A stretch of 64,000 nucleotides of DNA, from IMG/VR virus record IMGVR_UViG_3300050821_005794; one strand, written 5' to 3'. Under the pieces are notes generated by a model. That model had not been told where the DNA came from. It saw only the letters and a program-made list of their open reading frames with translations, and made no database searches. The position numbers and the translations under genes were made by a program. Positions 38,863 to 48,381 of this stretch are shown in pieces. The stretch is from an uncultured virus (IMG/VR IMGVR_UViG_3300050821_005794). Lineage: Duplodnaviria > Heunggongvirae > Uroviricota > Caudoviricetes. Positions within the stretch are counted from its first letter, which is position 1; every line of letters begins with the position of its first letter.

Positions 38863-39249
38863 GTGGATGGACCTGACCCAAGCGGTAACTGTATTAGAGC
38901 GATGTTTGAAACTAACGGAGCACAAATAGTGGACCAAGTTTTAGAGTGCCTGATCGCGGCCCGCAAGAAGCTCGACAAGCCCGAGAACTGGATTCAAAAA
39001 GCATACCACATAGGTCACCGAGCTTGTCTCGTTGGTGCGCTCAATTTTCATTGTATCAATTCAGAACACGCTGATGCCACGAACGCGCGCGATTTCTTGA
39101 AAAACATGCTAGGCGAGATTCCTGAAAAATGGAACGACGCTGTCGGGCGCACGCATACAGAAGTCCTGGCGGCACTCGACAGGGCTATAGATTTGCGTAG
39201 AGATTCTAGGGTGCTGCCTGAGCACGTAGACTTAGGAGGAGAAGCATGA
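38863..39249 (+). CDS. conserved phage protein (DUF6197-like)
   Basis: ENWIQ..CLVGAL..WNDAVGRTH.EV.A.LDRAI. Confidence 0.7.
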   Translation: MDGPDPSGNCIRAMFETNGAQIVDQVLECLIAARKKLDKPENWIQKAYHIGHRACLVGALNFHCINSEHADATNARDFLKNMLGEIPEKWNDAVGRTHTEVLAALDRAIDLRRDSRVLPEHVDLGGEA

Positions 39250-40199
39250 CAGATATACCGCACGGTATGAAAGCCAAGAGCATCAAGCATATTATCCGAA
39301 CTAAGATTGACGAATGGCTAGAGAGTATCGAAGACACCGAACTTCGCAAACAGGTTGCCAAAAATGTAATTGTAACCGGCGGGGCCATCGCTTCGATGCT
39401 GCTAGGCGAAGATATAAACGATTTCGATTTGTACCTCCGCGATCACGACATTGCGCTCGCTGTCGCCAAACACTATCTATCTAAGTTTAATTCAGTAAAG
39501 AAATATGGAATTGAGTGCCCCTTGCGACTCCTAGATGAAGACGGGCGCATCAAGATAGTCGTACAATCCGCAGGTGTGGCGTCAGAAAGCGGTTCAGACA
39601 AGCCCTACGAATATTTTGAAGCCGCGCCTGAAAATGCCGAAGCATATGTTGGGGACGTGATTGACAATCCCGAACAAATTGAAGATACGTACCACGAAAC
39701 GGAAGAGAAGGCCCTTGGAACTGGCGGCAAAGAAAAGTTCAGGCCGATCTTTCTTACGACCAACGCGATTACTCTGAGTCACAAAATTCAGATTATTATT
39801 CGATTCTTCGGAGAGCCTGACAAAATTCATGAGAACTACGATTTTGCGCACTGTACAAATTATTGGACCTCTTGGGATAACAAACTAACCCTGCGGCCCG
39901 AAGCACTAGAAGCATTGCTGGCCCGCGAACTCAGGTATGTCGGGAGCAAGTATCCCATCTGTTCGATGATTCGCGTTCGCAAGTTCGTGTCCCGAGGTTG
40001 GCGCATAAACGCTGGCCAAATTCTAAAGATGGCTATGCAAATTAATAGTTTGGATTTGAAAAATCTTAGTGTGCTGGAAGACCAACTGACAGGCGTAGAC
40101 ACAGCGTACTTTCTCCAATTGGTTGAATTGTTGAAACAAAAAGACCCCGCACAAGTTGATGCGGCGTATTTAGTAGAAATAATTGATAGGATATTCTAG
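39246..40199 (+). CDS. nucleotidyltransferase-fold phage protein
   Basis: GGAIASM..NDFDLY matches the G[G/S]..DxD signature; YDFAHC; RVRKF..RGW. Confidence 0.65.
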   Translation: MTDIPHGMKAKSIKHIIRTKIDEWLESIEDTELRKQVAKNVIVTGGAIASMLLGEDINDFDLYLRDHDIALAVAKHYLSKFNSVKKYGIECPLRLLDEDGRIKIVVQSAGVASESGSDKPYEYFEAAPENAEAYVGDVIDNPEQIEDTYHETEEKALGTGGKEKFRPIFLTTNAITLSHKIQIIIRFFGEPDKIHENYDFAHCTNYWTSWDNKLTLRPEALEALLARELRYVGSKYPICSMIRVRKFVSRGWRINAGQILKMAMQINSLDLKNLSVLEDQLTGVDTAYFLQLVELLKQKDPAQVDAAYLVEIIDRIF

Positions 40200-40369
40200 T
40201 GAAGCTGTACGAACCTCTGTATTCGTCTTTCAGTGGCCCGCCCAAAGCATTCTACTGTTCAGTTTGTGAACAAGTCTGCAAGACCAAGCGGGGTGTATTG
40301 ATTCATCTTTTTCGTAAGCACCAATTGAAAGAACAACAGGACCTGCCATTTGACAATCTGCTACGTTGA
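40199..40369 (+). CDS. small C2H2-type zinc finger protein (absent from ORF track)
   Basis: GTG start; FYCSVC..HLFRKH; 56 aa. Confidence 0.55.
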   Translation: MKLYEPLYSSFSGPPKAFYCSVCEQVCKTKRGVLIHLFRKHQLKEQQDLPFDNLLR

Positions 40370-43300
40370 TTTTGAGACGAAATGCATTCTAGATTTGAAA
40401 ACTTGTGGCCTCGATAGGTATTCCAAAAAAGCTGAAGTTTTAATGCTTGGCTGGGCCTTCGATGAAGACGATGTTCAAATTTGGGAGCCGCGATTCGGGC
40501 CGTTACCAAAAGAAATTATGGCGGCTATAAAATCAGATTGTACTTTGGTTGCTTGGAATTCAGGATTTGAACGATCGATTTTCAAACACGTACTTGGAAT
40601 TGACATTCCTATTGACCGCTGGCTAGACCCCTCGGTGTACGCTAGAACGTTATCCCTTCCGGGCAGTTTGCAATCTACAAGCGACATACTAGGTTTGGGC
40701 GACCAAGGTAAGGATGAAGATGGCAAGAGACTTATCAAATTGTTCTGTGAACCCGCCTCGATGGGCGGCGAATTAACATTATTTGGCATAACCGAACCTT
40801 ACTTTCGCGAACCTGAGAAACATTTAGAAGACTGGGAAAAATTCAAAGAATACTGTAGGCAAGACGTTAGGGCCGAGCGAAAAATCCTAAAGGACTTGGA
40901 ACAATTCGTGCCACCAGAAATAGAACGGAGAGTTTGGTGCCTTGACCAACGCATAAACGAAACAGGCGTGCCTGTAAATCGCGAATTTGTAAAAAAAGCT
41001 CTTACCTTGGCCGAACGAAGTAAAGAAGAACTTCAAACCGCGCTGAAAGAAAAAACCCAACTAGAAAATCCCAATTCGCGCGACCAGATGCTTGAGTGGT
41101 GCCGAAGCCAGAGGTATCCCTTTCAATCTCTAGAAAAAGCCTCTGTAAACTACGCTCTTAGTGGCAAGAACATTACCGACTTGTGCCGCGAAGTCCTGTT
41201 GCTGCGCAAGGAAGCGGCCAAGACATCGTACATGAAACTAAGCGCGATTTTGAATAGATTAGGCGATGATAATTATCTGCGGGATCAATTTAAATATTTG
41301 GGTGCCGCGAGAACCGGAAGATGGAGCGGTGGCGGTGGTGGGAGAGAAAAAGGTGGCGTTCAATTTCAGAACATGCCGCGCCCAACCAAGGAAGTAGAGA
41401 AAAATCTAGAAAAAACGATAGCTCAGATTGAGGCTCTAGATTACGAAGATATCAAAGCCGCGCACCCTTCAGTGATTACCGCCGTGACTTCGTGCATTCG
41501 GTCGGCGTTCCAATCTCCGGTAGGTAAAAAATTCATAGTGTGCGATTTGAGCGCAATTGAAAATCGAGTCTTAGGGTGGCTGGCCGGTGAAGACAAAATT
41601 CTACAAGTCTTCATGGATAACCTGGACCCGTATATCGCTTTTGCTGTTCTAATGTACAACAAAACCTATGATGAGCTTCTGAACGACAAAGAGAAAAGAC
41701 AGATTAGTAAATCAGCCGTTTTGGGGTGTTTTGGGGATGGCACTCTAGTTCTCACACAGCGCGGTTGGGTACCAATTCTAGATGTTCAAATAAAAGACCA
41801 GTTGTGGGACGGAAAAGAATGGGTTTCGCATCAAGGTATAGTTTGCCAAGGGCGGAGAATTGTGGTACAATTAAATGGCGTATTAGCTACGCCAGAACAT
41901 GAGATTCTAACTGAGGAAGGGAATTGGAACACAGCATGGGAATTACTTCAAAATACCCAATTAGAGAAAAAGGCTATAGATTTGGCGAATGGGAAGTTGT
42001 TTGCAGCAACAGAACAAAACGGGACTTCCAGTATGTCTGTACCTGCACGAAATGTGGAACAGAAAAATCCATTGACCGAAACAATCTGGAACTCGGAAAA
42101 ACAAGGTCTTGCGTTATTTGTGCAAACAAAAAAATTCTTGAACAGAAAGGCAGCATCTATTTGGAGTTCCGAGAGTGCGGTAGGGACAATATTGATAGAT
42201 TGGCGAATAGGTATTATGCCATTCTTTCCCGCTGCCGTGGAGCTTCGTACGCAGCACACAGATACGCAGGACGCGGCATTGAATGCCATTTCTCTTCTGT
42301 CTATGATTTCATCCGGTACGCGACTACTTTGGCAGGATGGGATAATCCCACGTTGCAGATTGATCGGAAAAACAATGATGGGCATTATGAGAGAGGTAAC
42401 CTTCGGTTTGTTTCCGCAAAAATTAACAACCGCAATAAAGAAAATCTTCGATGGATTAAATGGAACGGAATGCTCTATACGGCAACCGGGTTTTGGGAAA
42501 AGTACTGCCCTCGCTATCGCGATGCAGGAACAGTGTGCAGGAAAATTCGAGAAGGACTCTCCCCAGAAAGAATCATTGCAGACCAAGCCAAATGTAAAGG
42601 TCCCTACTTACGACATTCTAAACGCAGGACCGCGAAATAGATTTACAATTCTGACGGACAAAGGACCGATGATTGTTCATAATTGCGGCTATGGGCTTGG
42701 CTCTGGTGTGGCCCGCGTTTGCAAAAATTGTAAGACTCATTGGTGGGCCAAGGATGCAATGTGCCCCAAAAAGAAATGTGGGTCGCGAGAATTCGAATAC
42801 GAAGCTATTCTAAAGGACAATGGCTACGGCGATCTGATGCGTACGGGGTTGCTGGCCTACGCAGAAAACATGGGTGTCATTATGACGCCACGCCAAGCAT
42901 ATATCGCGCAGCAAACATTCAGGAAAGCCTATACAAAGGTTGTAGAGTTGTGGGCCGCATTGGAAGCGGCGGCCAAGCAAAGTATTTCAGAAGGAATAGA
43001 TGTCACAGTAGGGACGGTGGTATTTAGCCGACTGGAATTCGGCGGTCAATATATTTTAAGAATTACTTTACCATCTGGCCGCAGCCTTCACTATATGAAC
43101 GTTCAGCTAGTTACAAGGTCGCTAGTTGGTGCAGACGGCAGAGAATACGAAAAACAAACTATTATGTATGATGGGATCGGGCATGGGGTAGGAGAGGTTT
43201 CAGAAGCGGAAGGCGGGAAAGGCTCAAAGTGGGGACCGACGTATTCGTACGGAGGCAAGCTCGCGGAAAACATTACACAAGCAATCGCTAGAGACATCCT

Positions 43301-43505
43301 GGCCTATGGGATGCTATTGGCCGATGAAGCCGGTGCTAATATTTGTGCTCATGCGCATGATGAAGTAATTTGTTTGGCCGATGACAACGCTCTTGACTTT
43401 GGATTAGACGATCTGAGATACTATATGTCGCAGTCGCCTAGCTGGGCTAAAGACCTTCCCTTGGCCGCTGAGGGGTATTGTGACCGACTTTACCGAAAAA
43501 ATTAA
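40350..43505 (+). CDS. family A DNA polymerase with 3'-5' exonuclease, intein-containing
   Basis: VDFET, AWNSGFER, RTGRWSG, CDLSAIENR (motif A), KSAVLG/CGYG (motif B) and HAHDE (motif C). Confidence 0.95.
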   Translation: MTICYVDFETKCILDLKTCGLDRYSKKAEVLMLGWAFDEDDVQIWEPRFGPLPKEIMAAIKSDCTLVAWNSGFERSIFKHVLGIDIPIDRWLDPSVYARTLSLPGSLQSTSDILGLGDQGKDEDGKRLIKLFCEPASMGGELTLFGITEPYFREPEKHLEDWEKFKEYCRQDVRAERKILKDLEQFVPPEIERRVWCLDQRINETGVPVNREFVKKALTLAERSKEELQTALKEKTQLENPNSRDQMLEWCRSQRYPFQSLEKASVNYALSGKNITDLCREVLLLRKEAAKTSYMKLSAILNRLGDDNYLRDQFKYLGAARTGRWSGGGGGREKGGVQFQNMPRPTKEVEKNLEKTIAQIEALDYEDIKAAHPSVITAVTSCIRSAFQSPVGKKFIVCDLSAIENRVLGWLAGEDKILQVFMDNLDPYIAFAVLMYNKTYDELLNDKEKRQISKSAVLGCFGDGTLVLTQRGWVPILDVQIKDQLWDGKEWVSHQGIVCQGRRIVVQLNGVLATPEHEILTEEGNWNTAWELLQNTQLEKKAIDLANGKLFAATEQNGTSSMSVPARNVEQKNPLTETIWNSEKQGLALFVQTKKFLNRKAASIWSSESAVGTILIDWRIGIMPFFPAAVELRTQHTDTQDAALNAISLLSMISSGTRLLWQDGIIPRCRLIGKTMMGIMREVTFGLFPQKLTTAIKKIFDGLNGTECSIRQPGFGKSTALAIAMQEQCAGKFEKDSPQKESLQTKPNVKVPTYDILNAGPRNRFTILTDKGPMIVHNCGYGLGSGVARVCKNCKTHWWAKDAMCPKKKCGSREFEYEAILKDNGYGDLMRTGLLAYAENMGVIMTPRQAYIAQQTFRKAYTKVVELWAALEAAAKQSISEGIDVTVGTVVFSRLEFGGQYILRITLPSGRSLHYMNVQLVTRSLVGADGREYEKQTIMYDGIGHGVGEVSEAEGGKGSKWGPTYSYGGKLAENITQAIARDILAYGMLLADEAGANICAHAHDEVICLADDNALDFGLDDLRYYMSQSPSWAKDLPLAAEGYCDRLYRKN
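41727..42683 (+). mobile_element. intein (319 aa) inserted in polymerase motif B
   Basis: N-terminal CFGDGTLVLTQRGWVPI; block B ATPEHEIL; C-terminal TYDILNAGPRNRF..IVHN followed by Cys. Confidence 0.92.
41924..42640 (+). CDS. HNH homing endonuclease nested out of frame inside the intein
   Basis: CTCTKCG..TRSC, YAGRGI, IDRKNNDGHYERGNLRF..NNRNK; GAGGAAGG RBS-like sequence upstream. Confidence 0.85.
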   Translation: MEHSMGITSKYPIREKGYRFGEWEVVCSNRTKRDFQYVCTCTKCGTEKSIDRNNLELGKTRSCVICANKKILEQKGSIYLEFRECGRDNIDRLANRYYAILSRCRGASYAAHRYAGRGIECHFSSVYDFIRYATTLAGWDNPTLQIDRKNNDGHYERGNLRFVSAKINNRNKENLRWIKWNGMLYTATGFWEKYCPRYRDAGTVCRKIREGLSPERIIADQAKCKGPYLRHSKRRTAK

Positions 43506-43761
43506 TTATGCTTGGTTGGACTGGAAATACGTTCAACACCATGAGCGACTGGAGAAATTTGTTTTAAGTTTGCGACCGCAATTGGTGTGCCAAGAATGCA
43601 AAGGTGGCGGTGGATGGACTGAACCTATTCTTGATGATGGAACGGGACCTTGGGAAGAATGTGGATGGTGTGAAGGAATCGGATACGTAACGCCGCATAT
43701 TCGTGGCCAGTGGTTGAAATATAAGAAACTAGAAAAAACTAATGCCCCGTCAGCCAGATAA
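43480..43761 (+). CDS. CxxCxGxG zinc-finger protein
   Basis: CQECKGGG and CGWCEGIG. Confidence 0.65.
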   Translation: MTDFTEKINYAWLDWKYVQHHERLEKFVLSLRPQLVCQECKGGGGWTEPILDDGTGPWEECGWCEGIGYVTPHIRGQWLKYKKLEKTNAPSAR

Positions 43762-43927
43762 AGAACTCATGAGTTGGGAAGCAATTGGCCGCGAAATCGG
43801 CGTGACCGGGCCAGGTGCTTTGAAGATTTATCGCCGGGCACTAGAAAAGATTCGGAGTGAACTTCGTGATAACCCCGCGTATGCAGAAGAGATGTTCAAC
43901 TTAATGCAACACGAACCTGAGAACTAG
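43742..43927 (+). CDS. sigma70 region 4-like HTH protein
   Basis: MSWEAIGREIGVT..KIYRRALEKIR. Confidence 0.7.
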   Translation: MPRQPDKELMSWEAIGREIGVTGPGALKIYRRALEKIRSELRDNPAYAEEMFNLMQHEPEN

Positions 43928-44526
43928 TTCTGATGCGGGAAAGAATCAACCAAATCTAGAAATTCTTGTACAGATTCGACACGAGGTTCACTGGAATCTT
44001 GGTTCCAGGTCGCGTCCAGAAGGTAGCATTTGTGCCCCGAAATATTATTTAGTGCCGATACGGTTGGCGGATAATCATCAATCCCAAAATCAATTCGATG
44101 CTTCTCAATATATTCGGCTTTTTCGTAAGCATGGCTTACTACTATGATTCGCGGATAGGTTTCTGCTGCCCCGTCAGGACACAGTTTATGATTGTGCAGC
44201 CAAAGAAGAGTTTGGGCTTTAGCACCCGTACCGCCGGTGTCCATTCGGCTCGTAATAAAGAATATTTCGTGGTTGGTTTGTCTTAGCCACTTGGATAATT
44301 TCTCAACGTTGTCTCGTATGGGTTCGGATCGGTACCAAAAATTAGGTATGGTCTTTATTTTATCCCAAACTTGATTCCACTCTGGCTTGGTCAGTACTCC
44401 GCTATAATCCCAGTCTGACGGTGAGTATTTCGGAGGTATTTTTCCCGGCCATAGTTCGTTGGCCACAAGCGCGAGATTTCCTGTGAAATCCGCGAGCACA
44501 CCGTCTATGTCGAAAAATATTTTCAT
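43924..44526 (-). CDS. HAD-family 5'(3')-deoxyribonucleotidase
   Basis: FDIDGVLADF, FITSR and IDD. Confidence 0.85.
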   Translation of the reverse strand: MKIFFDIDGVLADFTGNLALVANELWPGKIPPKYSPSDWDYSGVLTKPEWNQVWDKIKTIPNFWYRSEPIRDNVEKLSKWLRQTNHEIFFITSRMDTGGTGAKAQTLLWLHNHKLCPDGAAETYPRIIVVSHAYEKAEYIEKHRIDFGIDDYPPTVSALNNISGHKCYLLDATWNQDSSEPRVESVQEFLDLVDSFPHQN

Positions 44527-44876
44527 TAGTATGCCTTGCCGCCCGCTAGAACGCGATTCTCAGGCTTGTGATCGGCGCGCACGGCGTTGTAGGCCATTTT
44601 TTCTTCGTATGCGCCTTGCAAGTCCATTCCTAATCCTGCGCCCATGTCAAAAATACGAATCAAACAGTCTGCCAATTCTACTTCGGCCATCTTCCGATGC
44701 GGGAGTTTATCATCCATAAGATTTTTGCGATGGCCTTCTAGAGCTTCGGATAGTTCAGAATGGCAAAGGGCAATTAATTCTCCAAAGTTACGATGAATAG
44801 GTTCTCCTGTTCGGACATCGTGCCACCACTTCTGATTGGCCGTATGAACTTCCCTAGCGTAGTCATTTAGATTCAT
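44526..44876 (-). CDS. MazG-like NTP pyrophosphohydrolase
   Basis: HSELSEALE..EVELADCLIRIFD..KMAYN. Confidence 0.85.
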   Translation of the reverse strand: MNLNDYAREVHTANQKWWHDVRTGEPIHRNFGELIALCHSELSEALEGHRKNLMDDKLPHRKMAEVELADCLIRIFDMGAGLGMDLQGAYEEKMAYNAVRADHKPENRVLAGGKAY

Positions 44877-45453
44877 TAGTTGCCTCCGTAATAGTTTTGT
44901 TTAATCGTGCCAAAACTTTCTGATACGTACCATCCGATTCCGGCCTATTGTCCACAAGATTGCCGGTTTCCTGCGCGTCCAGAAGAATAGCCAAACATGC
45001 AATGGCGTGGCCTAAATGGTGAACCCCAGAATCGGCGGCTACTTCCTCTCGTTCATTCCAACTAGTGATGTGCCTAAGTGCGGCATCAATGTAAATTTCA
45101 GCTTGTACTTTCTTGGCTCGCCAGTTATAAGGACCATAAAGTTTGGCTCCGTGCATCAGGGCGTGAGCAGCATGAATCATGGCTACGGCTGGCAGTTTAG
45201 TGACAGATACTTTTTTAACACCAACCAAGTCCTTGGGATTGGTTGTGCTGGCCTTCAATTCCGTGCCCATACCCTTGAGCGGGCTGTGTTCAGCGCACCA
45301 TTTATCTGTAATTTCGTGGTAGTTGATCGTGTGATAGTGCCCCCGGCAGCCGCAGAGTTTAGCCCAGTTGTCGCCTGCACGGTTTGCTTGCCCTGTAGCG
45401 GGGGATGTAGGTGCCCACTGGCCTACGTTTACTTCGCTTGTATCGCGGCCCAT
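44863..45453 (-). CDS. DUF5664 dATP/dGTP diphosphohydrolase-domain protein
   Basis: NPKD..G..K, GAKLYGPYNWR, AALRH and DSGVHHLGHA. Confidence 0.85.
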   Translation of the reverse strand: MGRDTSEVNVGQWAPTSPATGQANRAGDNWAKLCGCRGHYHTINYHEITDKWCAEHSPLKGMGTELKASTTNPKDLVGVKKVSVTKLPAVAMIHAAHALMHGAKLYGPYNWRAKKVQAEIYIDAALRHITSWNEREEVAADSGVHHLGHAIACLAILLDAQETGNLVDNRPESDGTYQKVLARLNKTITEATNESK

Positions 45454-45612
45454 TATTTCCTCCCGGTCTTTACGCTTCCCAAGACTATACCTTCGTTCCC
45501 ACGCACAGTTCGGGTGCCAGTTTTGATTTCCTGCATTCTATCGTGAAACTCGGCAATAACCATATTGAGACCCATTGCTAGAATTTCAAGTGTACTGGTT
45601 AATTTTTCTAGT

Positions 45613-46047
45613 TCATTTCTCGTATTTTGTAGTGTACGATGGTTCTTCGTTTTCATCGCGATTTTCTAATATAACGGTATTTGCCGCCGTAGATGTGTGT
45701 GGATATTTTGGGGTTATGGCGTTTCTTAATACCCATTGCTTGGCGGAGCAGTCCTTTTCTGCGTCAGCCAAGCTTTTCTTAGATGCAGCTAAGTGCGCCT
45801 GAAGTTGCTTTACGGTGGTCGCGATTGTAGCTACATCATTCTGAGCTTGCGCGTATTCCTGGGCCAACTGCAAGACGTTCTTGGCTTGAGGGTCGGTAAT
45901 ATTGTTCATATTCTGAACAGGACCCGTCAATGCAGCCGTGGGAGTTTGCCCGCCATTTACTGCTATCGGTTCAGTTGGGGACGCGGCCTGTATGTGAGGC
46001 TTACAGATCGGGCACTTCTCAACCATGTGTGTTTCGCAGCGCATCAT
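45613..46047 (-). CDS. hypothetical coiled-coil protein
   Basis: Coupled to the recA stop. Confidence 0.6.
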   Translation of the reverse strand: MMRCETHMVEKCPICKPHIQAASPTEPIAVNGGQTPTAALTGPVQNMNNITDPQAKNVLQLAQEYAQAQNDVATIATTVKQLQAHLAASKKSLADAEKDCSAKQWVLRNAITPKYPHTSTAANTVILENRDENEEPSYTTKYEK

Positions 46048-46850
46048 AATGTTTCAGGTTTCAGGAAACCTTCTCCGTAGATCATTTTAATTTCGCATTC
46101 GGTAAAAGGCGGCGCGCATTTATTTTTGACTACCTTGATTCTAGTATTGGCTCCAATTACTTTGTCGCCCTTCTTGATGGCGCTGACCTTTCTAACGTCC
46201 AATCGGATGCTAGAATAGAAGCGCAGAGCCTTGCCGCCAGTTGTGGTTTCGGGGTTACCCCACGTAACAGCGAGTTTGTCTCTAAGCTGATTGATAAAAA
46301 TTAAGATTGTGTTGGATTTGTTTAAGATGGCTGTGAGCTTCCTCAAAGCCTGACTCATAAGTCGAGCTTGCAATCCCATCTGAGGATCGCCCATATCGCC
46401 TTCGAGTTCGGCCCGAGGCACGAGCGCGGCCACGGAATCAACTACAATAATTTGTACTTCTCCTGAACGGATTAAACTTTCTACAATTTCTAGGGCTTGC
46501 TCCCCACTATCCGGCTGCGAAATTAAGAGTTTGTCTACATCCACGCCGAGGTGCCGAGCGTAGTCCTTGTTTAGAGCGTGTTCAGCATCAATGAAAGCAG
46601 CTTGGCCACCTTCAGACTGGGCGCTTGCGATGATATGCAAAGTCAACGTTGTCTTGCCGCCGGATTCCGGGCCGTATATCTCTGTAACGCGCCCTTTTGG
46701 TATGCCGCCGATGCCGAGTGCTTCGTCTAGTTCGGCTATGCCAGTAGGAGAAACTTCAATGTCTAGTTTGTCTTTACTGCCGAGTAGAAAGATACTTCCG
46801 CGACCGTGTTGTTTGTTAATCGTCTGGATGGCTTCATCTAGTTTTGTCAC
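46044..46850 (-). CDS. recA: RecA recombinase lacking the C-terminal domain
   Basis: [42 protein letters not shown] and [10 protein letters not shown]; only 268 aa. Confidence 0.97.
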   Translation of the reverse strand: MTKLDEAIQTINKQHGRGSIFLLGSKDKLDIEVSPTGIAELDEALGIGGIPKGRVTEIYGPESGGKTTLTLHIIASAQSEGGQAAFIDAEHALNKDYARHLGVDVDKLLISQPDSGEQALEIVESLIRSGEVQIIVVDSVAALVPRAELEGDMGDPQMGLQARLMSQALRKLTAILNKSNTILIFINQLRDKLAVTWGNPETTTGGKALRFYSSIRLDVRKVSAIKKGDKVIGANTRIKVVKNKCAPPFTECEIKMIYGEGFLKPETL

Positions 46851-47089
46851 TTATACTCCGTATATTTGGGAATTATATAGTTAACTCCCCAACTTTTTAT
46901 TGAAGTCGTGGTCTTTTCCACATCGCAAACACCAGCCGCCTCCGATTTCATGAACGACGGAGCAGCCCAGAAACCAACACCAAAACTTGCTACGCGTATG
47001 TCTTTCAAATCTATACGCCCATGCCTTACCAACAGCATAAGCTGAAAAGAGAAAGCCAAAGATTAGAAGAAACCGATACTGCGTGTCAG

Positions 47090-47902
47090 TCATAACTCTT
47101 TTCCTTTCATGCGGGAGTTAGCTATATAATTCCCATATATTTTGCCGCCATAGGCGAATCGACCCTTTGAGACGATACAGGGGTACAAATTGAACAACCC
47201 ATCAGCCTGTAATTCGATTATGACCAACCCGTTCAGCCAGGCTGTAGCTCGGTTACGAAGATAGCCAGGGTTAGTCTTGCCCCCGATTGGCGCGATCCAG
47301 GCCATCCATTTTTGAATATGTTCTACTGGCGAAATTTTACAGAATGACTGCGGACTGTGTGTGTGGCCCGCCAATACGCTAGTCCCATATAGTTCCACGG
47401 CTTTCTTGGCTGGAAATGCTCCGGCTTGATTGCCTATTCCAGTTAAGATTTCTCCGTGGCACGTTGTGAGCTTCCCAATCTTGTTGGAGTGGCCTAAAGG
47501 AATGATCTTCCAACCGCGTTGCTCTAGTTTGAAGTGCCGCGTATGATCTACGAGTCCATCTAGTTCGGGATGTTCCTCAACTAAATCAAACTCGAAACGT
47601 TCGTGATTGCCTATATGCCATATTTTATTTGCTGTCGGCGGTAACAACTTTTCAATTGGGCCTAGAATGTCTTTTTCGAATCCTTCTATATCTCGCAGAT
47701 ATGATTTCGGCGGCCTGTATAGAGGTTTGCCCTTAGTATGGTGGCTAATTGACTCTAAATCAAGCTGGTCGCCACCAAAGATGAATCCCGCAACTTTATT
47801 CTCTCGCAGAAAATGCTCAAGCGCCCTGAAAGTCGGTACGTCCCACTTCGGATAGTGCAGGTCATAATATGCTACCCATGTTTGACAACTAGATTTTTTC
47901 AA
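47090..47902 (-). CDS. metallophosphoesterase
   Basis: DLHYP, GGDQLD, GNHE, HG and GHTH; TTGA-coupled start. Confidence 0.85.
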   Translation of the reverse strand: MKKSSCQTWVAYYDLHYPKWDVPTFRALEHFLRENKVAGFIFGGDQLDLESISHHTKGKPLYRPPKSYLRDIEGFEKDILGPIEKLLPPTANKIWHIGNHERFEFDLVEEHPELDGLVDHTRHFKLEQRGWKIIPLGHSNKIGKLTTCHGEILTGIGNQAGAFPAKKAVELYGTSVLAGHTHSPQSFCKISPVEHIQKWMAWIAPIGGKTNPGYLRNRATAWLNGLVIIELQADGLFNLYPCIVSKGRFAYGGKIYGNYIANSRMKGKEL

Positions 47903-48138
47903 GCAATTGCTCCAGATTTCTTGTATTCGGCCATGCGTTGCGTAATGAACAATCCTATGCCCATCAAACATGCTGCGTCAAATAGGCGGTCATCGTTAGG
48001 GTAAAAGCAGTACCGCCGCCAAGGTGCGTACCAAGAAATGTACCCCAAGTTGTTGTCGCCGTCAACGTGATCTACTTGCCATTGCTTAGTTTTTCCTGAA
48101 TCTGATGGCCGCCCTTCTGTGAATTCAAGATAGGACAT
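47899..48138 (-). CDS. conserved phage hypothetical protein
   Basis: KTKQW..LGYISWYAPWRRYCF.P..FDAACL. Confidence 0.7.
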   Translation of the reverse strand: MSYLEFTEGRPSDSGKTKQWQVDHVDGDNNLGYISWYAPWRRYCFYPNDDRLFDAACLMGIGLFITQRMAEYKKSGAIA

Positions 48139-48373
48139 CTTTGTTCTCCCGATCCCGATAATTATGGCAGTGATCATTTCCATGCTTGTCCAAACCACCC
48201 ATTTCATTGCAACCGAAAAACTCGCATTCTTGTGGTACGTACGATTCACCTGTGGCGTCAAAATAATCTGTATTCATGACGCAGCCAAGATGATGATCCT
48301 GCCATCTGTGCCCGCAGATGCAGATTCCAATTCTATTGGGGCCACTATATTTAGGAAACCATTCTTTGTTCAT
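48125..48373 (-). CDS. Cys/His-rich hypothetical protein
   Basis: CICGH..HH and CEFFGC. Confidence 0.6.
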   Translation of the reverse strand: MNKEWFPKYSGPNRIGICICGHRWQDHHLGCVMNTDYFDATGESYVPQECEFFGCNEMGGLDKHGNDHCHNYRDRENKDVLS

Positions 48374-48381
48374 AATTTGAA

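Noticed and set aside
41948..42586. 212 aa antisense ORF inside the intein
   Set aside because: No motifs or RBS; probably a by-product of dual-frame constraint.
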